A DNA stretch of 40,000 nucleotides, from sequence record MT774394.1. One strand, given 5' to 3'. The notes beneath the pieces are model-generated. The model saw only the letters and a program-made list of their open reading frames with translations. It ran no database searches and was not told where the DNA came from. Made by a program: the position numbers and the translations under genes. The stretch is from an uncultured phage cr271_1. Of the stretch, positions 12,001-17,878 are shown piece after piece (positions within the stretch are counted from its first letter, which is position 1; every line of letters begins with the position of its first letter).

Positions 12001-13555
12001 GGCTATGGGTATAAACAGTTGGCGTGCTGGTCTTCCTAGTTTCTTAGCTGATATGTATAAAGATACATCATCATCTGTAGAAGGTGCCATTGTTAAGTTT
12101 ATGAATGTAGTAGACTTTGATGAAAATACTGGTGTAGTACATGTACCTGATGCAGAAGAATATCTTAAGCGTGCAAGAGATTTAACATTTAGTCCTCAAG
12201 CAATGGGTGAACATTTTATGCAAAATGGTGCTATGTTTAGTATGATGCACAGTCATAGACTTTTTGTTAATCATGATAAAAATACTAATGGCAGACTTTC
12301 ATATCGTGTTATGAATGAAGCTGAGTATATGCGTGATGCTAACGAAAGAGCTTTACAGACAATTCTCACTGATGCTCAACAAGCAAAATGGAGAAAGTTT
12401 GTAGAATACGAAACATCTGATGCTAATAGAACTAAAGAATATGCTTGGTTTAGAAAAGATTTAACAACTGAATTTGCTAATCTTTATCTTAATGACCAAC
12501 AAAAGCAAGAATTTATTGCTAAACGTCAAGAACTTCAGAATAAAGCTAAAGAAGAGTTTAATAATGATGAAGCTCATCCTACTCTGTTTAGTCAACTTTC
12601 TCTCGGTTCAGATGGTAAACTAGCATTTAAAGATGATTCTATATTAGCAAGTCTCGGAGATGAGGCTTATCAAATACTTGGAAGATTCAAAGGTAGAGTT
12701 ATTTCTGTCAATAAAAAGATACATGGTGTATATGATAGACTTGGTGCTGCTAAATGGGAATCTTATTGGTGGGGTGGTATTGTAATGCAATATCATAAAC
12801 ATCTTTATCCTGGTATTATGAAGCGTTATCGTCGTCAAGGTTACTTTAATGAAGAACGTGGTACTATTGAAAAAGGTTGCTATGCTTCTATAAAAGATTT
12901 CTTAGCTATGCCTCTTCATAAACATAAATTTGCTGCTAAACTTAAAGCTGACAATAATATGTCAGATAGTGAATTACAAGCAGTTGAAGGAATACAGAAT
13001 TTAATTAGAGATTATGTTGAATTTGCTACTCATATAAGAACTAATTGGAATATGCTTCCTGAATACGAAAGAGCTAATATTAAACGTGCTTTAGGAGATT
13101 TAGCTGGAGTATTCTCTGCTATATGTCTTGCTATTGCTTTAAGAACTGTTGCTGATGATAATGACGATAATGGTCTTATTTATAATTTAGCAATGTATGA
13201 ATGTGACCGTCTTGCATCTGAATCTTTTATGTATAATCCATTTGGTATGGTTTCTGAAGGTCAAAAACTTTGGTCAAGTCCTGTTGCTGTACAATCTGGT
13301 ATTGAGGATTTATTCCATACTGCTGGATTTATTAGTCAATGGATTATTCAAGGAGAAGATTTTGACCCTTATTATCAAACCGGTCTTTATGCTGGAGAAA
13401 ATAAACTTTGGGTTAATGTTCGTCGTCAGATACCTATGTATCATGCAATAAATATGGTTGAAAGACTTGAACGTAGCAATAAATATTATAAACTTGGTGA
13501 TAATATGTTATCTATTATTCCGGTTAAAGATATTGCTGATTGGATTAGAGAATAA
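2..13555 (+). CDS. Giant crAss-like phage virion RNA polymerase / polyprotein, 5'-truncated by the window
   Basis: ORF listed from 41 (4504 aa), but the same frame is open upstream to base 2 (ASREFAKRVAANF-MLDFYHQ...), so the real start lies outside the window. Contains TGSDFDIDSVYGINYSTY (DFDID at 4910-4924), the DxDxD signature of crAss-like phage RNA polymerases. Confidence 0.85.
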   Translation, partial: ASREFAKRVAANFMLDFYHQLAHDFHEKIEGSKKAYFADAVTGRMEEIIAERLSAITNMSEDDIYEIIDEGNISKLEELFGDNTSIQNKNLLAVYKEMIANREGFFTEVFRDSRLGDLRFESDDDMSETGTYESTDEQQEGDDNTPTNEDENKSQTDDKNNSIKELNEKLGDYNNFMTHVDMSVRSYLNSLKKLNSEIGFDGHYDFDLNNDLGLPDTMNADECCAVLYSYGDFTNLKSMIVSIREIAKNIPGFTAFHQMADYLEENGDFAYEIYRTFGKTVISKLETVMDGDKGKSRTSNRSADKLTSLRFEYLNSAKATSILLDDISSKNIYNELYQDIQSFKSLYEDSKTMSTEEAMDIADLMAINDELDKQKKDLVAKISSQLRRYYPTIEDTAIANYISNAHDEDVVGNLLNLAQRLKETIDASYLTQQQYNSRKAELGRAWAFNKKLAQDKAEGLRMSEEPKDMTDLYAVDYVDPATQAAAFNLANELVKYTMVKTELNSRNVHGNQSSDVINNSMITNVINTLKSQTALENFGKYKGQSRQYDFSNIMIEHWNYKKDENGNILKDKDGNPIKDGKQPINYGLFTQNPETKELTPTPYAQRLIRTRLFSGASDIITSSNVLYSEMSKGDYVATSFLNFFNVEESTEPVSDKISIKFANYFMRIPSDAPKNFIMTAPKYSVGESRVGANDGLFRIENKVEADKKIYQQINGIATVGEEYAALEGNAVKRSLNQLIHNVTSRNINNIVLQNKKAIFEENPKVGDKVNVTFDYTSKDGVSTQYVLEGTLANENGRLVLQAPEFKGFVGDTKSSDVNTSLFNHFQKKLIKSGDIKRSINTNHPIYQQFRQVFVQELNDAATALDRFFVTKNGMVKLDDNIDSPTYGQPIFREGFDNSKATTRKLYAGYHVGKGKNILSIDDNGKAHLTGAVFTSDRFKITKTNKDGSVTERNYGQEILDEAVDFLYGGANGKYVQTTRSDNGVSVVLNDEQEAAIEQKLTEFINDYVADTQDRMEQYEDFIPSYLMSDNNVAEFALNHHLMYINFNDLFEGDTKFYKDTQTFLKRAKEAQGSGVPYGIVDYNMDLSAPRTTIPSHLNTKTFERTLADGSKAVLNQKAYDDAIAQGMSEKEAKRVANMITQTNKFRGVTIKNTIRTSQEVAVKGENGAKQDGAVTKKLIEALRASGMTVKDATDKARQMILGYHGTTVNDAQSYITFEEWVRRVSARGQLEKYMPLIEAILDESKPLDAKTIGEFVQVQKNFYYDQHYNAELGVIAPRQIKNAEFVLVPRLIEGTQLEQVYNLMRDNGIDQLNTEETSKAGKANVLTLWDNDGNLTQENIDDFNANAAQATELYNYNYLYTQQETPQHLDAENKAGIQIMKKILDNIDSTSPLWETKQHFFRLYSENIKDSFAELMDEFQLETDENGNLKLDKDGNIQGLDYQLFFTRLQEEVARLGLDSNMLDYVTLDDTQVSDKSNNSPLTGAITKMPTYMSNVSTKLESIAQSLFNSRITRQKLPGFHAAQITNVGWHAMSDTVQKRTYSKDLKYHPDGKPYVEIMLPKSAFNLKYEKSDGTLKTDEELLEEIQNAKIDEVIGYRIPTEGKQSVCIMKVVGFTDDALGSTIVVPDDWVSQTGSDFDIDSVYGINYSTYIDENGVVQKKEYHKEATNTDWLRYLTKKKKDTIFNAVFKSVMKEEADAYHNVTDKVRPIIKEVQAPYVEERKAEGSKVNGRESFINQINAVIKRLNQELEDASYTEEEKANIQEFIDKCDTLATILDIEKKTLSTKKEERVNTFIDKYKKEFNKAAKDNNITTYDNINSIPSEQRNTRDARNNEILASMIEILSHPAALEENLSRSNFDDIIDARDQAIDKNIAKRRKARSPYNFLDQADYQEDVMSGAKLKAFSVTRDTFCSICNTVRPRLFESHQVKVVYRVVDGYTLKNLKKSFKNVEEIQDGVFVVTHDTFGWSKNNKNAAGKILTAYSSQTTAHILDAVKEGAIPNVNDLTFQVYKLFPDLGSDYNTGVSFIMQPGISRIVAAYNSSKSIYSRGKKNPIHAAIKSVAKELLAMDGIKVTDRMSVDTVINMLQRYNSELSSIFGAGGQKYKISLEDKEVAKLLISGSRLKERLKSEGVFEGSSPVEEKRKLLFDLGTILQYNKLSHLGNSISAYARVCNPDKFGAKQTIFSTNKVFRDIKDIIADENPAMYIPGATKNDSNKHFLEAIYPGIRGSLEEFIQSSDMNSAYPPLHYFLKYATATSIKVNRTLFETQDPRFVEEIMKLTNSFSGAYARMDEKTYKDFQNYVLNYLYGNTQAVSSAITYVPGQGFMVVADSNKEDERRRIFGYGKDPDLRVQDENGDLIEFRVKDINNPTQKEIDAFATLSPAQKITWIQGHFRESGVFKYIKTTLFNERQYRANKAGSQTIEFVEGNANIETVYNEFEKCFFNDNPLVALAALDIVKYAFAVEGFKIKRNGVSKVIKNSTLYEDPKLGGTGIVTELNHAIGTIADGSIDMYMLRDRFVRSHSTMYQIETHRVEKNDKKQYELYRMDHGIIHIEMQYADSTAQELAEKYGMIYKVGEKNNYGVNRYVKLRFGKDTVLYKIKEYYGEIIAYPLNTLEENETDDWSVNVQNNKYPDSSYYEEIIDEWYHPAEGSTTTSLKQIIESKKDSLANHRFVNKNRTTMSTYATTFDINTKKTVDTGGFEDVIDKVNSYFAQNPKGRLYLRSGALAKYITHTGPINGSIQTINGKEYQIVKMDFKRYNDMYIGERNKDREIKRVDPQVKEIIERARDGGYRVSDAFYIEPYKAPAPKDETQEEEVEVVRHSSVTELGTNSMNAMYRRQVSEGDIEAGKALSRLYEKDIKAKDASVKLNLGEVISTSAEYVTVTTNKILNDLKYFIQDETGVYHSVNDPETINLIRNNPDERARFLKTLLDARAFVRNYRMINDLDIDSEDEALRRDLNKIKDAINSLRNANIINYAEERFANEYLAKLSDNPLVQQDILSLLDGYHSAGAFDAWVNDLQETSSPLLQIITKEVMGDIRAKEMQATKRVREFKTKLNELKKAAKDAGVTIDWKNIIDENGKFVQKYNQAFTEKLEELRNAVYTAKAEHGEGSIEHLKAKFEYDKWKLNHVNQQLKDDYYQRKLELEEKMLGDGTADNYGFPAIYEAYNKLATRRREILSHIVNGTLEERYQEELKKVKQDIDNLTTPYFYDAATDTFIEKYSVDDPENPFTGEQKLVYSIDAATALKAHLASMKELRDEYYTHDAKFGFDEELEKNLDTISNYEMRDTNGRITTPIVELMKHDDYVKAKEWVEHNARYVMSPETQKFINDAFKVLREGKDGRETLGLLAKHKDAYDTHGVINAMLFDDDEIAKIKEEQLDNYNIREGQPYADRSLISNAPTDSTQFKAAFYANMKSNGIPNQEYIKLVNEINSILAPYYETATRTLHTSEITEEDLEKLAELYDTIEKTKKTIDSTNGRTVRRYIKDNVDFVVDMEKYEEQKEYAKQKGPRYLRLWQDVNERIEEDDSGNLIFVPNRRIFGYAVPKGYKADGTGDNSMVAKNKTDALDIVHNYCKTVKTEYYYKKYREMKAKTEAEFNAWYKANHIYNPYNHTYEPIQCWTRMEIEPMSDDGEHEAAGMWVPAFNQLETRPKDGKDKHGNPDGSPDMTNHNYRHGMSTAANYKSEGAKFDDTLTPATHKNYADGINYDNNAVMNPYEQQVSEFMQETLQQLAHTTSAKRYFDRGYMPSRAKRPERDAKFYAKEVVKMLGWIEGASGREAWYEDIDYANDRTPDMPMLSQLKSKDSIKIDYKKPQRSEYPDTKEGTTEYNAKLEKYNKDVKDAEEVNAKIHREMLDNDWESVMEEFIEKAAHFNAVQDNKYMLFYAKQMLDKLDVYVKNEGFNDLQRDGINSSEDQNRYVTKKDTRLQEQYVNWIRRLVYDQWKKPNNHLTKYANILQSMTSAKFMMLNVTGGIANVTLGETQILGEVFAKEYFGKKTWAMGINSWRAGLPSFLADMYKDTSSSVEGAIVKFMNVVDFDENTGVVHVPDAEEYLKRARDLTFSPQAMGEHFMQNGAMFSMMHSHRLFVNHDKNTNGRLSYRVMNEAEYMRDANERALQTILTDAQQAKWRKFVEYETSDANRTKEYAWFRKDLTTEFANLYLNDQQKQEFIAKRQELQNKAKEEFNNDEAHPTLFSQLSLGSDGKLAFKDDSILASLGDEAYQILGRFKGRVISVNKKIHGVYDRLGAAKWESYWWGGIVMQYHKHLYPGIMKRYRRQGYFNEERGTIEKGCYASIKDFLAMPLHKHKFAAKLKADNNMSDSELQAVEGIQNLIRDYVEFATHIRTNWNMLPEYERANIKRALGDLAGVFSAICLAIALRTVADDNDDNGLIYNLAMYECDRLASESFMYNPFGMVSEGQKLWSSPVAVQSGIEDLFHTAGFISQWIIQGEDFDPYYQTGLYAGENKLWVNVRRQIPMYHAINMVERLERSNKYYKLGDNMLSIIPVKDIADWIRE

Positions 13556-13557
13556 TA

Positions 13558-13602
13558 GCTCCCCCGTAGAAGAGATGGAATAAATTCTATCTCTTCTACT
13601 TA
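13558..13602 (+). terminator. Rho-independent-like terminator after the giant RNAP gene
   Basis: GTAGAAGAGATGGAAT(13566-13581)-AA-ATTCTATCTCTTCTAC(13584-13599), 16-bp stem with one G-U, starting 11 nt after the stop codon, followed by TTAAATTTTT. The left arm is part of the dispersed GCTCCCCCGTAGAAGAGAT repeat. Confidence 0.65.
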
Positions 13603-13651
13603 AATTTTTAATAATATAATTATAAAACAAACTATTTAAATTATTACTATT

Positions 13652-13996
13652 ATGAAAATTCTTGGTGAAAAATCATTAACTATAAAAGATAAAATTATTA
13701 AGTTTTTTACTATTAATCCACATGATAATAATACTATTAAAGACTTAACTAAAATTAAATGTGAAGTATATAATATAAATTGTTGTTTTAAAAATAATTA
13801 TTTTTATTTATGTGAAAATAAATGGATTAGTAGTCGTAAAATTATTGATACTTTATCTCAAATTAATCAATATTGCAAAGATATTAAACCTTATGTTCAA
13901 ATTAGTTGTACTAGTGAAAATCCAGATACTATTGCAAATTTTATTGAACAAAAAGCTAAATGGAGTAATTCTTTTAAGAAAATAATCATTCTATAA
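13652..13996 (+). CDS. Hypothetical protein (114 aa)
   Basis: ORF following the giant gene in the same direction; no recognised family. Confidence 0.6.
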   Translation: MKILGEKSLTIKDKIIKFFTINPHDNNTIKDLTKIKCEVYNINCCFKNNYFYLCENKWISSRKIIDTLSQINQYCKDIKPYVQISCTSENPDTIANFIEQKAKWSNSFKKIIIL

Positions 13997-14007
13997 AATT
14001 TTGTTAA

Positions 14008-14061
14008 AAGTGGTACAAAGTATTGCATATTTCAAATAATGTGCTTATCTTTGTACCACTT
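14008..14061. repeat. Perfect 13-bp inverted repeat with 28-nt spacer
   Basis: AAGTGGTACAAAG (14008-14020) ... CTTTGTACCACTT (14049-14061). Confidence 0.8.
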
Positions 14062-14070
14062 GTAAAAAGT

Positions 14071-14099
14071 ATAATATTAAGTATTAAACTTAATATTAT
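14071..14099. repeat. Perfect 12-bp AT-rich inverted repeat
   Basis: ATAATATTAAGT-ATTAA-ACTTAATATTAT, 9 nt after the preceding inverted repeat. Confidence 0.7.
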
Positions 14100-14154
14100 C
14101 TTATCATAAAATAATATAAATAAAAGAAGTATTAATCATTTAAATGTAGTTAGT

Positions 14155-14205
14155 ATGGCTTGCGGTGGTAAGAAAGGTGGAGGAAAACGTCCTCCTAAGA
14201 AGTAG
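14155..14205 (+). CDS. Candidate 16-aa Gly/Lys-rich micropeptide MACGGKKGGGKRPPKK
   Basis: ATG...TAG open frame followed by an adjacent second in-frame TAG and a TAA; strongly biased basic composition. No comparative evidence available here. Confidence 0.35.
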   Translation: MACGGKKGGGKRPPKK

Positions 14206-14297
14206 TAGTAAATCTACAAATGGAACTTAAACATAATAGTTTAACAGATAGATGTTCCTAATAATAAGATTGGTCTATCATTTAATATAATAATTAA

Positions 14298-14367
14298 TGC
14301 CCTATTGTATAAAGGTAGTACATTAGATTTTGGTTCTGATAGTAGAGGTTCGAATCCTCTTGGGGCA
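14298..14367 (+). tRNA. tRNA-Gln (anticodon TTG)
   Basis: TGCCCTA/TGGGGCA acceptor, GTAT/GTAC D-stem, TTAGA-TTTTGGT-TCTGA anticodon arm, AGAGG-TTCGAAT-CCTCT T-arm. Confidence 0.85.
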
Positions 14368-14408
14368 ACTTATTAAAACGCCTTTTTTCTCATAAATGAT
14401 GTAATAAT

Positions 14409-14499
14409 AAACCGTATTTTTGTATCTACGGTTCGGACTTCGGGTGAAAGTTCATTACTTGGTGCTATTAGTTGAGAAACTGATAGCACTTTTCTTTTT
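14409..14499 (+). ncRNA. Candidate small structured RNA ending in an intrinsic terminator
   Basis: Three consecutive hairpins: AACCGTA/TACGGTT (14410-14433), GGACTT/AAGTTC (14435-14453), GTGCTATTAGTT-GAGA-AACTGATAGCAC (from 14462) followed by TTTTCTTTTT. Confidence 0.35.
14462..14499 (+). terminator. Rho-independent terminator, + strand
   Basis: 12-bp stem GTGCTATTAGTT/AACTGATAGCAC with GAGA tetraloop then TTTTCTTTTT. Confidence 0.85.
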
Positions 14500-14527
14500 G
14501 TGTGTACCGAATGTGTCTCTACTATTA

Positions 14528-14570
14528 TAAAAAAAAGTCTATAGATAGAGATGATACTCTACCTATAGAC
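14528..14570 (-). terminator. Rho-independent terminator closing the minus-strand module
   Basis: GTCTATAGATAGAG-ATGATA-region-CTCTACCTATAGAC stem (one mismatch), with an A8 run on + at 14529-14536, i.e. a U-tract for minus-strand transcription. Confidence 0.85.
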
Positions 14571-14581
14571 AGTGAAATTTA

Positions 14582-14686
14582 ATTTAATTTATTTTTGACC
14601 TCATACAGCCACTTTATTTGCTGACCTTTACAACTTATCATTGACTACATTTGAAGCCAATACAAGCATCGAAAACAAGCAAATTT
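14582..14686 (-). repeat. Copy C of a three-copy ~105-nt non-coding element
   Basis: ATTTAATTTATTTTTG (14582-14597), ACCTTTACAACTTATCA, CAATACAAGC, AAATTT (14681-14686); matches 36967-37071 and 21073-21179 with near-constant spacing. Confidence 0.6.
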
Positions 14687-14693
14687 GGGTGTT

Positions 14694-14933
14694 TCAGTCA
14701 ATGTAACTATACCCAGTAATAGACGACAAAGTGCCTTGAACTAAATCATCACTATTAACTTCTTCTATTACAAGAGTATCAATAGTATCATCAATTCCAC
14801 AGACACAAGAATCTTCTTCAATCACAGAATTATCTTTTATTTTCATATTATCATTACAAGTTCCTATAAGATTTAATCCTATAAGAACTACAATAAAACA
14901 AAAGGCATAAGCACTAAGTTTATTCATAACCAT
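14694..14933 (-). CDS. Small membrane-anchored or secreted hypothetical protein (79 aa)
   Basis: N-terminal hydrophobic segment LSAYAFCFIVVLIGLNLIG. Confidence 0.6.
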   Translation of the reverse strand: MVMNKLSAYAFCFIVVLIGLNLIGTCNDNMKIKDNSVIEEDSCVCGIDDTIDTLVIEEVNSDDLVQGTLSSITGYSYID

Positions 14934-15002
14934 ATAAAATAAAATAGCGGTAGTGACATTTCTATCACCACCGCCAGGATTATTATATTGCTGAAAAGAG
15001 GG

Positions 15003-15284
15003 TTAATTAAAATGTAAATCTTTAATTATTTCTTGAAGTTTCTTAGCACTCATTGTACCAGTAACATTATATTTAATAACATTATTTTCAAGAAATATCA
15101 AAGTAGGAAAATCAGTTAAAACAAGGTCAACTCGAATAAATTCAGGAAGAAGTTTATAATCTCTAACTTGTATTGAAAAAGTATAAACATTATCACGTTG
15201 AACTTGTTTCAATATTCTTTCCATTATTCTACAAGCTTCACAACCTTCTGTAGTAGCAAGATAAATATGTTTACTTATCTCCAT
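15003..15284 (-). CDS. Thioredoxin/glutaredoxin-like protein
   Basis: Size (93 aa), CEAC (CxxC) motif near the N terminus and later TDFPTLIF cis-Pro-type segment. Confidence 0.7.
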   Translation of the reverse strand: MEISKHIYLATTEGCEACRIMERILKQVQRDNVYTFSIQVRDYKLLPEFIRVDLVLTDFPTLIFLENNVIKYNVTGTMSAKKLQEIIKDLHFN

Positions 15285-15564
15285 TATTTTGTCTTTCTTC
15301 TTGATTTGTAGTAGTAGAAGAAGGTTTTATTTCAGCAACACGTTCAAAATACTGACCATTCTCAAAGAAAACACTTTGATTTTCAAGACGAGCGCGAAGA
15401 GCTTCTTCATACTTTTTCATAGCAGAAAGCTGAATACACTTATTAGCAAATTCAACTTTATTATCATTATCACTCTTGTCACTATAAATGTACTCATGAA
15501 GAGCCTGAGTACGAACTACAAGCTGAGAATGTTCCTCAACCATACGCTGAACAAAATCTAGCAT
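15271..15564 (-). CDS. Hypothetical protein (97 aa)
   Basis: ORF co-oriented with neighbours, overlaps the preceding start by 14 nt. Confidence 0.6.
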   Translation of the reverse strand: MLDFVQRMVEEHSQLVVRTQALHEYIYSDKSDNDNKVEFANKCIQLSAMKKYEEALRARLENQSVFFENGQYFERVAEIKPSSTTTNQEERQNNGDK

Positions 15565-15594
15565 AATTGTAAATTTTAAAAGATTAATAATTAT

Positions 15595-16029
15595 TTATTC
15601 TAAACCAGTATGACCTATACCACCAGTTCCTCTTTCTGTTTTACTAAGTTCTTCTACTTCAATAAAGTCTGCTTTTTCATATTTAGCAAATATTAATTGA
15701 GCAATACGTTCACCAGGCTCTACAGTAAAAGGTGTATTGGAAAGATTTACAAGTTCAACACAAATTTCTCCACGATAGTCAGCGTCTATTGTACCAGGAG
15801 AATTTATAACTGTAATTCCATGCTTAATAGCCAGACCACTACGAGGTCTAACTTGAGCCTCATAACCTTCTGGCATTTCAATATACAAACCTGTAGGAAT
15901 AAGAGCTCTATCAATAACTCCAAGAATAACAGGTTCTGTAATAAATGCTCTTAAATCCATTCCAGCACTTAAAATAGTAGCATATTCGGGAAGAGGATTA
16001 TTACTTTTATTAATTATTTTAACTTCCAT
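15595..16029 (-). CDS. dut: dUTP diphosphatase (dUTPase)
   Basis: [47 protein letters not shown] motifs. Confidence 0.97.
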   Translation of the reverse strand: MEVKIINKSNNPLPEYATILSAGMDLRAFITEPVILGVIDRALIPTGLYIEMPEGYEAQVRPRSGLAIKHGITVINSPGTIDADYRGEICVELVNLSNTPFTVEPGERIAQLIFAKYEKADFIEVEELSKTERGTGGIGHTGLE

Positions 16030-16117
16030 AATATATTATTTAATTTAATATCTTGTGCAAAGATATAAATTTTCTTTGAAAAACACAACAAATAGAATGT
16101 TAATTTTATTCAACATT

Positions 16118-16162
16118 TCTTCTACGGGGGAGCAAGAATAAAACTTACCACGCCCGTAGAAG
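16118..16162 (-). terminator. Hairpin built on the dispersed GGGGGAGC repeat, possible terminator/regulatory hairpin
   Basis: CTTCTACGGG ... CCCGTAGAAG 10-bp perfect inverted repeat flanking AGCAAGAATAAAACTTACCACG, between two minus-strand genes. Confidence 0.4.
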
Positions 16163-16266
16163 GAACTATAAGTTATTATCTTAGAGGACATCTATCTTTA
16201 TTACAAAGAAATTAGTCTTTAATATCTTTATTATAAAGATAAATACTACTCTAAATAGATTTATAT

Positions 16267-17334
16267 TTACACTGCTTGAGCATAATCAAGACTTTTATTA
16301 AGGGCTTTAAGCATATTACTATTTGCACCACCCCAAAGAAGAGAATCTACACGTTTTTCTCCTTCAAGATTAGCAACATTAGAATAAAATCCAGTAATAG
16401 CATTATAAGCACCCCATGCAGTACCTGCAATATTCTGTTGACCAATACCATCAAGATAATATTCAAACATATTTGAAAGAATACCTACTTTACGAGCACT
16501 AACTTTAGTAGCCTCCATAGTTCCGTAATCTTTAGCAAACAAACGAGCATAGCCATATTTAGGATTATAATCATGCAATGCTTGACGCTCTGCTTCACTA
16601 AGAACAAGAGAACCAATATACTGCATAACTTGTTCATCAGTCATACGAATTTGAAGAAGACTATTATAAAGTTGTTCAGCAGTTCTTGCATGTTCACAAG
16701 CAATCTTTAAAATTTCAGCACCTTTTTGAATCTTTTCTTTAACCTTTTGAGTATGTCTGAAACGAATGTAACTGTCAGTACTGTGAAGAGCAGAGTTAAG
16801 CATATTAGTACATATAACTCGTATAGGACTGAAGAGAATATTGACCGAAGTCGAACCATCATGACTATTACTAAATACTAAATAATTATCAATTTTATCA
16901 CCACCTACAGTAGTTTCAATAGGAAGTTTAGCAGACACAAAGATTTTATGTCCATAACCAAAACAACCTGCTCTATCCCAAAAAGCTTTACCTTCTCCAA
17001 TAGCATCATCAAAGAAATTAAAAGCATCCATGTTTTGAACTACTTCATACTTACACTTAACAAGACCAAGAGGAACATTAATATCAGTACGATATGTTCC
17101 AAAAGCATTAGGACAATCACGATAAATGTGACCATCTCTAGCAAATTCACCTGCAATTTCGTTTACTTTATTATTACCATTAAGACTAAATGGCATTTTA
17201 GCAACCAAATCACATTTTTCAACAGTAAAGTTAAGACCAGCCTTTTCCATAACTTCACGAGAACTATGACAGTCTGATACATCTTTACCGATTCCGCTTC
17301 CCCAAGGAAGACCATTTATTCTATATTTACTCAT
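16267..17334 (-). CDS. DUF932 family (phage/plasmid-like) protein
   Basis: Overall composition and size (355 aa), N-terminal pattern and FSNSHDGSTSV...SFRIRQTEQ-like HDGSTS / FRHTQK segments typical of DUF932. Confidence 0.7.
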   Translation of the reverse strand: MSKYRINGLPWGSGIGKDVSDCHSSREVMEKAGLNFTVEKCDLVAKMPFSLNGNNKVNEIAGEFARDGHIYRDCPNAFGTYRTDINVPLGLVKCKYEVVQNMDAFNFFDDAIGEGKAFWDRAGCFGYGHKIFVSAKLPIETTVGGDKIDNYLVFSNSHDGSTSVNILFSPIRVICTNMLNSALHSTDSYIRFRHTQKVKEKIQKGAEILKIACEHARTAEQLYNSLLQIRMTDEQVMQYIGSLVLSEAERQALHDYNPKYGYARLFAKDYGTMEATKVSARKVGILSNMFEYYLDGIGQQNIAGTAWGAYNAITGFYSNVANLEGEKRVDSLLWGGANSNMLKALNKSLDYAQAV

Positions 17335-17453
17335 AAATTATTAAACTTTATATATTTATCAATTATTTTATAATTAGGCATATTAGATTTAACAATACCT
17401 AAACGAATCATTGTCATAAGACGAATTATAGTTTCTCTTATATCATCATTCAT
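17331..17453 (-). CDS. Small hypothetical protein (40 aa)
   Basis: MNDDIRETIIRLMTMIRLGIVKSNMPNYKIIDKYIKFNNL; its TGA overlaps the ATG of the DUF932 gene (ATGA), filling an otherwise empty gap. Confidence 0.5.
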   Translation of the reverse strand: MNDDIRETIIRLMTMIRLGIVKSNMPNYKIIDKYIKFNNL

Positions 17454-17455
17454 GA

Positions 17456-17875
17456 TTAAAATTTTTCTACATTAATACCAACTTTTTTAAGTAACTCAAG
17501 ACCTTCTGCTTTTCTATAATCTTCTAAATATACAACTCTAATAATTCCAGCTTGTATAATAAGTTTAGCACATTCTATACAAGGAGAATGAGTTATATAT
17601 AAAGTAGAACCATTAGTAGGTCTACCATATTTAGCACATTTTAGAATAGCATTACTTTCAGCATGAAGAACATAAGACAGAGTATGTAAACTACCATCTA
17701 TATTTTTAACTTCACACTTATTTTCAAATCCACAAGGAGTACCATTAAAGCCATCAGACATTATTTGTCCATCTTTAACTATAATAGCACCAACTTTAAG
17801 TTTAATCGCATAACTATTTTTAGCACATAATTGTGCAACTTTAATATAATATTTATCAGATTGTTCTTGAGTCAT
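17456..17875 (-). CDS. Deoxycytidylate (dCMP) deaminase
   Basis: HAESNAI and SPCIECAKLIIQAGI zinc-binding motifs; GFNGTPCGFENKCE. Confidence 0.93.
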   Translation of the reverse strand: MTQEQSDKYYIKVAQLCAKNSYAIKLKVGAIIVKDGQIMSDGFNGTPCGFENKCEVKNIDGSLHTLSYVLHAESNAILKCAKYGRPTNGSTLYITHSPCIECAKLIIQAGIIRVVYLEDYRKAEGLELLKKVGINVEKF

Positions 17876-17878
17876 AAG

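Noticed and set aside
2783-12838. Numerous minus-strand ORFs of 60-160 aa antisense to the giant RNAP ORF
   Set aside because: They are Ile/Phe/Ser-rich mirror frames typical of spurious antisense reading of AT-rich coding DNA, with no recognisable motifs.
16267-17334. Possible additional repeat copy encoding LWGGANSN in the DUF932 protein
   Set aside because: The DNA there (TGGGGTGGTGCAAAT on the coding strand) does not match the ACGGGGGAGC core.
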